Positions 56,832 through 64,000 of a DNA stretch of 64,000 nucleotides are shown piece after piece (within the stretch, counting starts at the first letter, position 1; each line of letters begins with the position of its first letter). Source of the stretch: a virus; IMG/VR virus record IMGVR_UViG_3300047489_000453, positions 32,001-96,000 of that record. One strand, 5' to 3'. The position numbers were made by a program, and so were the translations under genes. The notes below the pieces were generated by a model. That model did not search any database, had not been told where the DNA came from, and saw only the letters and a list, made by a program, of their open reading frames with translations.

Positions 56832-57797
56832 CTATCTTCTTGCTGGGTTAGTTAGATTTTTTACATTGTTTGAAATGGGGTCAGGTTTAGCTGGCTTTGG
56901 AGGATTAGTCTGAGCTATTACTGCAGATGACGGCTTTAAAGCGGCATTCTTTGTAGGAGCCGGTTTTGGAATAGGCCTGCTCTTCAAAGACTTAGCCGCT
57001 ATCGCGAGAGCCCCTTTGACTTGATCGAGGGTGGCTTCTTTAGGCAGCTCTCTTGCTATTTTAGACAGGTCTGTATTTGATAGCTTGTTTCCATCAGGCA
57101 CAAGGGTAGCTGCCAGGCCAAGAGTGGTTAGATTCCAAACCAATTGCTTAGACGCCAATCCATTATTCAATACGTTGGTTATATTGCCCGGAGTAAATGA
57201 GTCTTTGTTTACTTTGTTTGGATTGGTCAAGTCTTTTAAAGAATTCTGATAGTTAAAGGCTGCTTGTGCTTCTTGTCTGGCGCCAGCTACGGCCACGTCG
57301 TTGGCCGCCCTGGCATCAGCTACTATTGAACCCATTACTTGGTCAGGAGATGGAAGTGGAGATTGATTTGGATTGTTAGGGCTTTTGTAGTTGTTAATAG
57401 TAGACTGGGAGTTGAATATGTCCTTATTGTATTTTGTTATCTTGGCGTTGAAATCAGCTTCTGCCTGCCCTGGGTCGCCAATATAGCCGCCCGCAGATCC
57501 AGCAGATTTTAGCTTTCCGCCGTTTCTTATCACTATGGCTTTCCACTTATCTACCTCTAATTGAAGTTTTGTATAAGTAGCAAAGCTATAACCAGGCGCT
57601 CTTTGGTCAGGGTTAGCTACTTTAAAGTCCGCCAAAGCCTTGTAAGCGTTGTTATAAGACGTGGCTATTGATGTATAGTACTTTATTCTTTCGTTGGCTA
57701 TTACGATAATATTGTTTGCTCTGATTACGGTAGTCGGGGCGCCTGAGAACCCTGCTGCTGGTTTGTCGACGTCTATTCCTTCATATATAAAAGCCAT
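56832..57797 (-). CDS. Hypothetical protein with PDPISxN..NLTNP C-terminal motif
   Basis: 321 aa; Cys-free; shares C-terminus with downstream gene. Confidence 0.7.
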   Translation of the reverse strand: MAFIYEGIDVDKPAAGFSGAPTTVIRANNIIVIANERIKYYTSIATSYNNAYKALADFKVANPDQRAPGYSFATYTKLQLEVDKWKAIVIRNGGKLKSAGSAGGYIGDPGQAEADFNAKITKYNKDIFNSQSTINNYKSPNNPNQSPLPSPDQVMGSIVADARAANDVAVAGARQEAQAAFNYQNSLKDLTNPNKVNKDSFTPGNITNVLNNGLASKQLVWNLTTLGLAATLVPDGNKLSNTDLSKIARELPKEATLDQVKGALAIAAKSLKSRPIPKPAPTKNAALKPSSAVIAQTNPPKPAKPDPISNNVKNLTNPARR

Positions 57798-57821
57798 TTT
57801 TAAATTACCCCATATAAAATT

Positions 57822-57837
57822 GTGGAGACGTCTCCAA
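57822..57837. repeat. Dispersed 16-bp palindrome copy
   Basis: GTGGAGACGTCTCCAA, 1 mismatch, intergenic 25 bp upstream of start 57797. Confidence 0.75.
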
Positions 57838-57895
57838 AAATAAAGGCCCTGCGGTAATTTTACACGCAGAGCCTTAGTAATTAAAGCAATATTTA

Positions 57896-58360
57896 CTAAT
57901 CCATGTCATCCGACGTGAACAATATCTCAGGGCACTTCTCGGAAAGCATCATTACGTCGTATTCAGTAGGGTAGTGTCTGAGGGCTGACCTTATTAGTTC
58001 TTTAGTTTCGTCCGTTATTACATCTTCTGATCGATCATTTATAAGAAGATTGGTAAGAAGCGTTCTAGCAAAGTTTATACTTCTTGCCCTTTCAAACGGT
58101 AAGGTCATATGAAAATCCTCAGCCTGATCCCATTCGACGTCACACCTGTTTACTTCCAAGATCTTATCAATTAACGACTTAAGTTTATCAGGATCATTGT
58201 TCATAAGAGTGTTAACCTGAAGTTCCCTCGGATCCCCTCCCCGAGGACCTACGGCTACTGTGAGCTCAGGGCAAGTAATATGAGTGTAAACTGCCCACTC
58301 CGCCTGCCGCATCTCGAAGCTTTCGCCATGATGCGGGTACCTTAGCGACGATAAAGGCAT
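57896..58360 (-). CDS. Hypothetical protein (C-terminal LRHYP motif)
   Basis: 154 aa; AGGAG RBS; RSALRHYP. Confidence 0.6.
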   Translation of the reverse strand: MPLSSLRYPHHGESFEMRQAEWAVYTHITCPELTVAVGPRGGDPRELQVNTLMNNDPDKLKSLIDKILEVNRCDVEWDQAEDFHMTLPFERARSINFARTLLTNLLINDRSEDVITDETKELIRSALRHYPTEYDVMMLSEKCPEILFTSDDMD

Positions 58361-58449
58361 CCTGCCACGCCGCTCCTAACCAGCTGACACTCTCAGCTAA
58401 ACTTCAGGTCAACGGCGGTATTCTATAGTATTGGCTGTCTTTGTCTATA

Positions 58450-59175
58450 CTATTCTTCGTTTTCGTCTTCTATCTCGTCTGTACTGGCAAAGTATATCTT
58501 TATCTCTTTTATGATATCCAGGCGGTTTAAAGACGGAAACAACATAAACAAAGCGTCTCTGACTTTACTTGGATTAGGCGTTATCTGGCACATATCCGGG
58601 TCGTTATCGGCTATGTGCATGGTTATTTGAAGAAATGGTGGCTTTTCGCCGTCGTAGTCGTCCTCATATTCGTCAGAGTTATCTTCGTATATTACGGCGT
58701 CTTCGCTATCACTATCGCTATCGCTGTCACTGTCATAAGATGACTCGTAACCCAAAGCCTCAAAGCTGGCTTCAAAGTTTTCGTCTGAGTCAGAGGATGA
58801 ATCTGAGTCAGACTCGCTCTCCCATGTACCCCAGGGCTTCTCCTCGTCAGCAAATATGTCGTCGCTTACTTCTTCGCTTTCTTTATTTACCTTGGGTTCT
58901 CTAACTTTTACCGTGTGCATAAACAACGGACCAAATCCACCTGACTTTGACTTCTCTACTAGTTTAGTAAAGTATTCGTTAAGAGCCTCTTTTGACTCAA
59001 ACCCCATTTCGGCAATGATGTCTATCATTATGAAGGTGTCGTAGACAGGCAGGAACTCGTCGTTAGGCGCCGTTACAACACCTACTAGGGCTCTGTCGTA
59101 TCCTTCTATAAGAGATATCTTTGGATAAAGGCCTTTTAACTCTTCGGCCGTAAGTTTTTTATTGCTTTCAAACAT
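58450..59175 (-). CDS. Highly acidic hypothetical protein
   Basis: 241 aa; N-term EGYDRALVG..VYD; long Ser/Asp/Glu tract. Confidence 0.7.
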   Translation of the reverse strand: MFESNKKLTAEELKGLYPKISLIEGYDRALVGVVTAPNDEFLPVYDTFIMIDIIAEMGFESKEALNEYFTKLVEKSKSGGFGPLFMHTVKVREPKVNKESEEVSDDIFADEEKPWGTWESESDSDSSSDSDENFEASFEALGYESSYDSDSDSDSDSEDAVIYEDNSDEYEDDYDGEKPPFLQITMHIADNDPDMCQITPNPSKVRDALFMLFPSLNRLDIIKEIKIYFASTDEIEDENEE

Positions 59176-59420
59176 AATGTCACCACAAATTATGAAGTGT
59201 AATTATCTTGATTAAGTTGTATTACTTACCGGCTGCTAAATCAACCATAAGTGGAAGCTAATCCACTATTTTGTCTAATAAAAGTATACTGCAGTTATTC
59301 TTATTTTTAAGAATCTATTCTCACTTTTAAGAAACGGGTCGTAAATTTGTAAATTTTACGTAAGTAGAAACGTAATAAGGACTTACGTCGAGTCGGGGTT
59401 TAAGGTAAAGGAAGTTTACC

Positions 59421-59708
59421 TTAAGCAGTAGGGGGTTGCAACTTATTTTTAGCTAAAAAAGGATTATCTTCTTTATCACCTAACTGCTTCTGTGTCATAG
59501 GGTTAGGTGATATATTCTTATAATTGAGAATAGATGGTTTCATTTTTTTATTATTAGAACCAACATAGCCCAGATTACCCATGGCTGACTTAACAGCTGG
59601 ACCGCCTTTAGTACAGTTACAGAAGTCATAACCTGTCAGTAGGGTTAATATTTTTTTAACAGCTTCTAATTTATCGTTATTAGCCATGATTCTACCTTGA
59701 TGATACAA
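59421..59708 (-). CDS. Hypothetical protein
   Basis: 95 aa ORF; true start probably at internal MANND. Confidence 0.5.
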   Translation of the reverse strand: MYHQGRIMANNDKLEAVKKILTLLTGYDFCNCTKGGPAVKSAMGNLGYVGSNNKKMKPSILNYKNISPNPMTQKQLGDKEDNPFLAKNKLQPPTA

Positions 59709-59934
59709 ATGGGGTCATTTTGCCGTTATCCAATACAACTTTATCAGAGGCGTGTTCAGCGCAAAAGTCTAAGAATGACTCGAAGTGATTCTTAATATTG
59801 ATAATATCCATGTCAGACAGGCTTGTGTCAGCCTTGATCCTTGCTGATATAAAGTCATCAACAAGAGTCTCTACAAAAGATTCATACTGATCACCTGTAA
59901 ACAACCTAAGATTGGGTCGCTTTGACATAGACAT
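59692..59934 (-). CDS. Hypothetical protein
   Basis: 80 aa, start overlaps upstream stop. Confidence 0.55.
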   Translation of the reverse strand: MSMSKRPNLRLFTGDQYESFVETLVDDFISARIKADTSLSDMDIINIKNHFESFLDFCAEHASDKVVLDNGKMTPFVSSR

Positions 59935-60311
59935 TACTTACCCCCTGTAATAGGTGCTGATGTATCAATTTGATTCTCTGTCCTAGGTGAGGCCAGCATC
60001 TCAGTTGGACCCATGACATTGATAGATACAGATGGTGACGTAATAGTGCTGGACTTATTAAAAGGAATCTTCTCGCCTGTGGATAATATGACAGCTATGC
60101 CTGTATCAATATACTCCATGGCTACAACAGGTTTTTGGCTGATAAGTTCCTTTGACGATTTGATAAAATCAATCACTACTTTATTTGTTGCGTCGTCTGG
60201 ATTGCTCTTATCCTTCCAATTCGTATATAGCCAGGTAAGTAAATCAGGATCATCCTGGGTATACACATTGAACCCGACCGTGTTTTTAAGATACTGAGAC
60301 ATAGCTGACAT
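59934..60311 (-). CDS. Hypothetical protein
   Basis: 125 aa with AAAGG RBS. Confidence 0.6.
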   Translation of the reverse strand: MSAMSQYLKNTVGFNVYTQDDPDLLTWLYTNWKDKSNPDDATNKVVIDFIKSSKELISQKPVVAMEYIDTGIAVILSTGEKIPFNKSSTITSPSVSINVMGPTEMLASPRTENQIDTSAPITGGK

Positions 60312-60329
60312 ATGAAAGCCTTTCTAGTA

Positions 60330-60659
60330 CTACTTCATGTTTAGTTTCATTATAGTTAGCCCTATGGCAACTATAAGGGAACCCAGTGTTACATATTTAT
60401 TAGCGTTTAGACCAAAAAACACAAGAGGGATTACATAATCTGTTAGTATAACCGCAAATTCCCAGCAAAGGCTAAAGAAAAATATCCTGTCAGTGGTCTG
60501 GCATATCCTTACTCCACTGACCCATAGAGATCCTATAAGGAAACTGCAGCACAAAGACATTGCATAATAATACTTGGACTCACGTATGCTATCTGTGTAA
60601 GAGAAAACTAAAGAGGTGCTATAAACTAGTACTACCATAAACAGAATTAGGTAAGCCAT
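60330..60659 (-). CDS. Small 4-TM membrane protein
   Basis: 109 aa, four hydrophobic segments; GGAGG RBS. Confidence 0.65.
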   Translation of the reverse strand: MAYLILFMVVLVYSTSLVFSYTDSIRESKYYYAMSLCCSFLIGSLWVSGVRICQTTDRIFFFSLCWEFAVILTDYVIPLVFFGLNANKYVTLGSLIVAIGLTIMKLNMK

Positions 60660-60687
60660 AGGCCCTCCGTTGTAGTAGTGATTGATT

Positions 60688-60703
60688 GTGGAGACGTCTC
60701 CAC
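60688..60703. repeat. Dispersed 16-bp palindrome, perfect copy
   Basis: GTGGAGACGTCTCCAC, intergenic upstream of start 60659. Confidence 0.8.
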
Positions 60704-60736
60704 TTTTGATTGTACATTATTATTGGCAGCACCTGA

Positions 60737-60785
60737 TAGCTAAAAAAATCACCTCCAATCCCCTAAGGGATGGAGGTGGTTTTAT
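60737..60785 (-). terminator. Intrinsic terminator with TTTTTTTAGCTA tail
   Basis: CACCTCCA(A)TCCC-ctaa-GGGATGGAGGTG hairpin. Confidence 0.75.
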
Positions 60786-61124
60786 TTAGTTGGTATCGCC
60801 ATCGCGATACCATGTACCGCCCGTGAAGGGCAGCTGGACAAGGGTTACCTTGTCAGCGCCCTCACCAGATGTGGCTACTCTGGTGAATCCCACATTCGTG
60901 ACTGTCCAACTTCGTGAAAACACGAAGGCTTTAAGTCCTATCTTCTGTGGGAGAGACGCTTCTTGGTAACCTGCACATTTGTCAGCGGACGGTAGTCCGC
61001 TGTACTGTGACAGGTCGTAAGCGGAAACGCCAACCGCTATCAACAGACATGTAAACGCCGCCAACAGAAGTTTGTTAAATATATTAACAACCCCTGCTAT
61101 AAAAGCCATTACAGTCTCCACCAT
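60786..61124 (-). CDS. Hypothetical membrane-anchored/secreted protein
   Basis: ATG at 61124 after AAAGGAG; hydrophobic N-terminus. Confidence 0.6.
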   Translation of the reverse strand: MVETVMAFIAGVVNIFNKLLLAAFTCLLIAVGVSAYDLSQYSGLPSADKCAGYQEASLPQKIGLKAFVFSRSWTVTNVGFTRVATSGEGADKVTLVQLPFTGGTWYRDGDTN

Positions 61125-61218
61125 GGCATTTTCTCCTTTCATAAAAGAGGGCATGCCTGCCCTATATGAGATTAAGAATCATTCACGTCTGAATGATTAA
61201 CCTATCCCTTCATATATC

Positions 61219-61245
61219 TATGACACATTTGTGCCTTGAATTAAG
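61219..61245 (-). promoter_or_regulatory. Bipartite promoter-like motif
   Basis: Minus strand CTTAATTC-N11-GTGTCATA. Confidence 0.65.
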
Positions 61246-61256
61246 GGCATGGGTGA

Positions 61257-61305
61257 TAGCTAAAAAAATAACCCAACCCACTATTCAGTGGGCTGGGAGA
61301 TTTTT
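61257..61305 (-). terminator. Intrinsic terminator with TTTTTTTAGCTA tail
   Basis: CCCAACCCACT-attc-AGTGGGCTGGG hairpin. Confidence 0.65.
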
Positions 61306-61418
61306 ATTAGTGCCAGGGAAGATATCCCTAGCATAACCAGACCAACCAGTCTTTCGGTTGGGCTGGAGTTAAATCCAAAGCTAAGCATTAGACCCAGGGT
61401 AATCATGATTTCAAACAT
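61281..61418 (-). CDS. 45-aa two-helix membrane peptide (not in ORF track)
   Basis: GAAAGGAGGT RBS then MFEIMITLGLMLSFGFNSSPTERLVGLVMLGISSLALIKISQPTE*. Confidence 0.6.
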   Translation of the reverse strand: MFEIMITLGLMLSFGFNSSPTERLVGLVMLGISSLALIKISQPTE

Positions 61419-61450
61419 GATTACCTCCTTTCTGTATGACCAAGTCCCCC

Positions 61451-61633
61451 TTAGGAGAAGGACTTGGCGGCCACAGCGTTAACTGGTAACGCTTTGTGGC
61501 CTGACGAGAAGATCTTTGACCTGGCAACAACGCCGGTCTTAGATTCTTCTCTAATGGACTCTTCTTTCGGATGAGCCCATACAATCCGTCTTGCTTTTGA
61601 CAGAAGCAAGAAAAACTGTGTGCTTGACTGCAT
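61451..61633 (-). CDS. Small hypothetical protein
   Basis: 60 aa; AGGAGGT RBS. Confidence 0.6.
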   Translation of the reverse strand: MQSSTQFFLLLSKARRIVWAHPKEESIREESKTGVVARSKIFSSGHKALPVNAVAAKSFS

Positions 61634-61709
61634 GTTACCTCCTATAACACTATCAAGCTGGGATCAGGGCCACATCGCATGTGGCAGATAACCCGTCCCT
61701 TCATGTATA

Positions 61710-61736
61710 TATGACACGGTAACGGGTTGAATTAAG
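61710..61736 (-). promoter_or_regulatory. Bipartite promoter-like motif
   Basis: Minus strand CTTAATTC-N11-GTGTCATA. Confidence 0.65.
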
Positions 61737-61747
61737 TGGTCCAGTAA

Positions 61748-61784
61748 TAGCTAAAAAAAAAGAACCCGGCCTTTCGGCCGGGTT
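61748..61784 (-). terminator. Intrinsic terminator with TTTTTTTTTAGCTA tail
   Basis: AACCCGGCC-tttc-GGCCGGGTT (GAAA loop on minus strand). Confidence 0.85.
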
Positions 61785-61790
61785 GACTAC

Positions 61791-62075
61791 TTAGTAGTCT
61801 GACGCCGGTGAGGCGTCATTCTTTTTATTTTTGGGCTTTCGCTTCTTCTTCAGAAGCTTAGCCCGCCGGATTAGGCGAGCAGCCCGCTTGGCTTCCCGCT
61901 CGTTGTCGAGACGGGTAATGGCAAGCAATACCTCCTGTTGGAGGGTTGCTTGCGCATGCCTCTTCTTCATTAAGTCGTCAAGGCGACGACTTAAGAAGAT
62001 TCGGCTATGCAGCTCGGCCGCCAAAAGGCCAAGCCCGAAACAAAGGATACATCCAATGATGTACTCCATGTCCAT
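61791..62075 (-). CDS. N-terminal TM, basic C-terminal hypothetical protein
   Basis: 94 aa; AAAGGAG RBS; Lys/Arg-rich tail. Confidence 0.65.
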   Translation of the reverse strand: MDMEYIIGCILCFGLGLLAAELHSRIFLSRRLDDLMKKRHAQATLQQEVLLAITRLDNEREAKRAARLIRRAKLLKKKRKPKNKKNDASPASDY

Positions 62076-62166
62076 TGTTATACTCCTTTCAGTATAACGA
62101 GGTCAGCGTCTGCTCAAACGAGCAGACTGTAAGCCGCCTCTAATGGTTATGTCTCTTTCATGTATA

Positions 62167-62193
62167 TATGACACGTTTATGGCCCGAATTAAG
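62167..62193 (-). promoter_or_regulatory. Bipartite promoter-like motif
   Basis: Minus strand CTTAATTC-N11-GTGTCATA. Confidence 0.65.
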
Positions 62194-62209
62194 GCCTGGT
62201 AAGTGATGC

Positions 62210-62348
62210 CTAAAAACATCTAGATCAACGCCAGCGACAGACTGCACTAGCGTTGATCGGTAATCCCCACGCATTATGGCCGTCGCCATAATGCAATATG
62301 ATGGTCGCTCAATATTCGCTCGGGGCTTGCGAATAGCCAACATATCAT
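62210..62348 (-). ncRNA. Three-hairpin small RNA candidate
   Basis: Downstream of promoter motif 62354..62380; stems TATTCGC/GCGAATA, GCATTATGGC/GCCATAATGC, GATCAACGCTAG/CTGGCGTTGATC then T-tract; no RBS-led ORF. Confidence 0.45.
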
Positions 62349-62353
62349 TTAAT

Positions 62354-62380
62354 TATGACGCAATTATTGATTGGATTAAG
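62354..62380 (-). promoter_or_regulatory. Bipartite promoter-like motif
   Basis: Minus strand CTTAATCC-N11-GCGTCATA. Confidence 0.6.
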
Positions 62381-63003
62381 TTGTTCCATAAGCCTGTTGT
62401 TCCATGTCTTGTGAGTTGTGGAACGCGTGGAACGCGTGGAACGACTTTATGTAACTTGTTATGTTTAAAGCAGTTATATTAATACATGTTGTTCCAAGTT
62501 CAATAAAAGCTGTGGAACGCGTGGAACAATCGCATGTAACTTGTTATTCTTAAAGTACTTACATAAATATATGTTGTTCGATAAAACTCTTGTCACTTTC
62601 TTCACCCTAGGTGCTAGTAACTGATTAGAGTTCCCCTATAAGGGACCATCTAATCCCTAAGCTCCCGCTGGCCCTACTAAGGATTGTGATTAAGGTACTT
62701 CTTGACCCATAGGTTCCTATGGTCCTGAAGGTCCTTGATAACATTCTCGTGGTTTATCCTGTATTGGAGACCATGGTAATCGAGAAGCTCGTTTACCTTA
62801 TTGGTATCCTCTAGGTCCCATGAGGTCCTTAGGGCCTGACTAGCTAACCAAGAGCTAACTATGGGCTTTCCTAGCTTATGGCTATTAGGCCTGTCGTATG
62901 CTCTTATGAGAGATTCGGATAAATTATTAAATTTAAAAGACTTATGCTTATATAGTCTGTTCCATAAACCCGCTGTTCCAAGTTCGATAAAAGTTGTGGA
63001 ACG
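62381..63003. repeat. Repeat-rich region (GTGGAACGC tandem and inverted GTTCCA copies, TAAST-N15-ASTTA boxes, 30-bp duplication)
   Basis: GTGGAACGC x3 near 62418, x2 near 62512; TGTTCCAAGTTC(A/G)ATAAAAG(C/T)TGTGGAACG at 62490 and 62974. Confidence 0.7.
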
Positions 63004-63041
63004 TTTTAGATTTATGACACGTTGAAACAAAATGATTTAAA

Positions 63042-63419
63042 CTAAGACATGCCGCCAGTGTCTTCTCTGAGGATATCCTCTTCGGAAACATTGACGGAGT
63101 AGATCTCTATGGCCTCGGTGTCTTCCATGGCATGAAACTTATGGTTAACGCCTGGCATTACTTTGATAGAGTCGTTGGGTCCAAGGTATAGAATTGAGTA
63201 AGGAGTTTTATCTCCCTCTTTAAATAGCTCGACGGCCAACTTACCCGATATGATGTAAAACTGGTTCCACTTATGAGTATGCCTGTGATTTGAGCAGAAC
63301 CCGCCTTTCTTTATGGTTATATGGCAAGCCTGGAATACGTTGTCTATGTGCATGATATAATTCATGCCCCATAGCTTTTCTTCCTGCCTAATTTTTATTA
63401 TCTGTATGTTCTTGTCCAT
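63042..63419 (-). CDS. Cupin-domain protein
   Basis: KLWG..CSNHRHTHKWNQF.IISG..PGVNHKF. Confidence 0.78.
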   Translation of the reverse strand: MDKNIQIIKIRQEEKLWGMNYIMHIDNVFQACHITIKKGGFCSNHRHTHKWNQFYIISGKLAVELFKEGDKTPYSILYLGPNDSIKVMPGVNHKFHAMEDTEAIEIYSVNVSEEDILREDTGGMS

Positions 63420-63465
63420 ATTGCACCTAGGCCTGGCTACAACTTAATTATATCTTATTTTATCA

Positions 63466-64000
63466 TCATCCTTCTATAAGTCTTTTCCATTGTGAAAGAA
63501 ACTGGCTTCGGGCAGCCCTTCTACCTGACGCTGTATTTTTACTTATCGACAACAGGCCGTCTTTAATAGCGTTTACAACTACCTCTATGAATGCCTCTGG
63601 ATTAGGTTCTGCATACATTACGCCGCCCTTTGAGCCGCCACAATTACAGGGCACTAGTCTTCCGTTAACACCGTCTGTAATTATGTTTGATATAGGCGGC
63701 ACATCGTAGGCTATAACCGGCGTACCCATATAAAGAGACTCTATGCCAACCAAGCCGAATCCTTCTATTTCAGCTGGCCACAATACAAGATCATGCTTGC
63801 TGTAAAGAATAAGTGAGCTGGTACAAGTTGTTTCATCAATAACCAACTTAATAGACTTATGTTTTGTAATAAATTTAGCTAAGGATTTCTTACAAGACCA
63901 AGGCATACTCTTGGGGCTGTGCGATATAGTTATAACCACGTTTGGAAGCTTAGCCTGAATACCTGTCAGTATTTCATAAAGTGAATCCAGGTCACATCTT
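63466..64000 (-). CDS. Glycosyltransferase family 4 (GT-B), 5' end beyond window
   Basis: EGFGLVGIESLYMGTPVIAYD..I.DGVNG; frame appears open to the window edge. Confidence 0.8.
   Translation of the reverse strand, partial: RCDLDSLYEILTGIQAKLPNVVITISHSPKSMPWSCKKSLAKFITKHKSIKLVIDETTCTSSLILYSKHDLVLWPAEIEGFGLVGIESLYMGTPVIAYDVPPISNIITDGVNGRLVPCNCGGSKGGVMYAEPNPEAFIEVVVNAIKDGLLSISKNTASGRRAARSQFLSQWKRLIEG

Noticed and set aside
5645-59266. Additional weak palindrome-like sites (5645, 17405, 26041, 59251)
   Set aside because: Five or more mismatches or half-sites only; not distinguishable from chance.
869-62482. Numerous short ORFs antisense to or nested in longer genes
   Set aside because: They shadow well-supported genes, lack RBSs and show no recognisable motifs.
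62381-62560. CRISPR array
   Set aside because: Repeats are 9-bp tandem units without unique 30-40 bp spacers, and no cas genes are visible. The 16-bp palindromes are kilobases apart.
62677-63030. 117-aa ORF as a confident gene
   Set aside because: Its 5' half overlaps the promoter-like motif and DNA repeats, and it has no clear RBS. A shorter product cannot be excluded.
1-64000. Stop-codon reassignment or tRNA/rRNA genes
   Set aside because: Long genes are intact and tightly packed under the standard code with TAA, TAG and TGA all used as stops. No cloverleaf or rRNA-like sequence was recognised by eye.

Overview
A 64-kb, densely coding segment of a large tailed dsDNA phage (jumbo-like) genome, read with the standard genetic code, with most genes on the minus strand. 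It holds a head-morphogenesis module (probable prohead protease, scaffold, HK97-type capsid protein, neck genes). It also encodes a multisubunit RNA polymerase as a beta+beta'(N-half) fusion plus a separate beta'(C-half), with an SF2 helicase between the two genes. Other recognisable genes are a class II ribonucleotide reductase, PhoH, a C39 peptidase, HNH nucleases and about a dozen glycosyl-/methyl-transferase-type genes. The most striking signal is a candidate virion-delivery system. I found no cysteine in either RNAP chain (2,119 aa, both Zn sites lost). An array of unrelated Cys-free cargo proteins shares an N-terminal leader (A-x-x-F-G-x-x-M-G-K-x-A) ending in the K-x-A motif that recurs through the head proteins, a putative protease cut site. 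Non-coding signals are 11 dispersed copies of a 16-bp palindrome GTGGAGACGTCTCCAC, a bipartite promoter-like motif driving small cassettes, three structured RNA candidates and a repeat-rich ori/recombination-like region. All calls come from reading motifs by eye; no searches were run.
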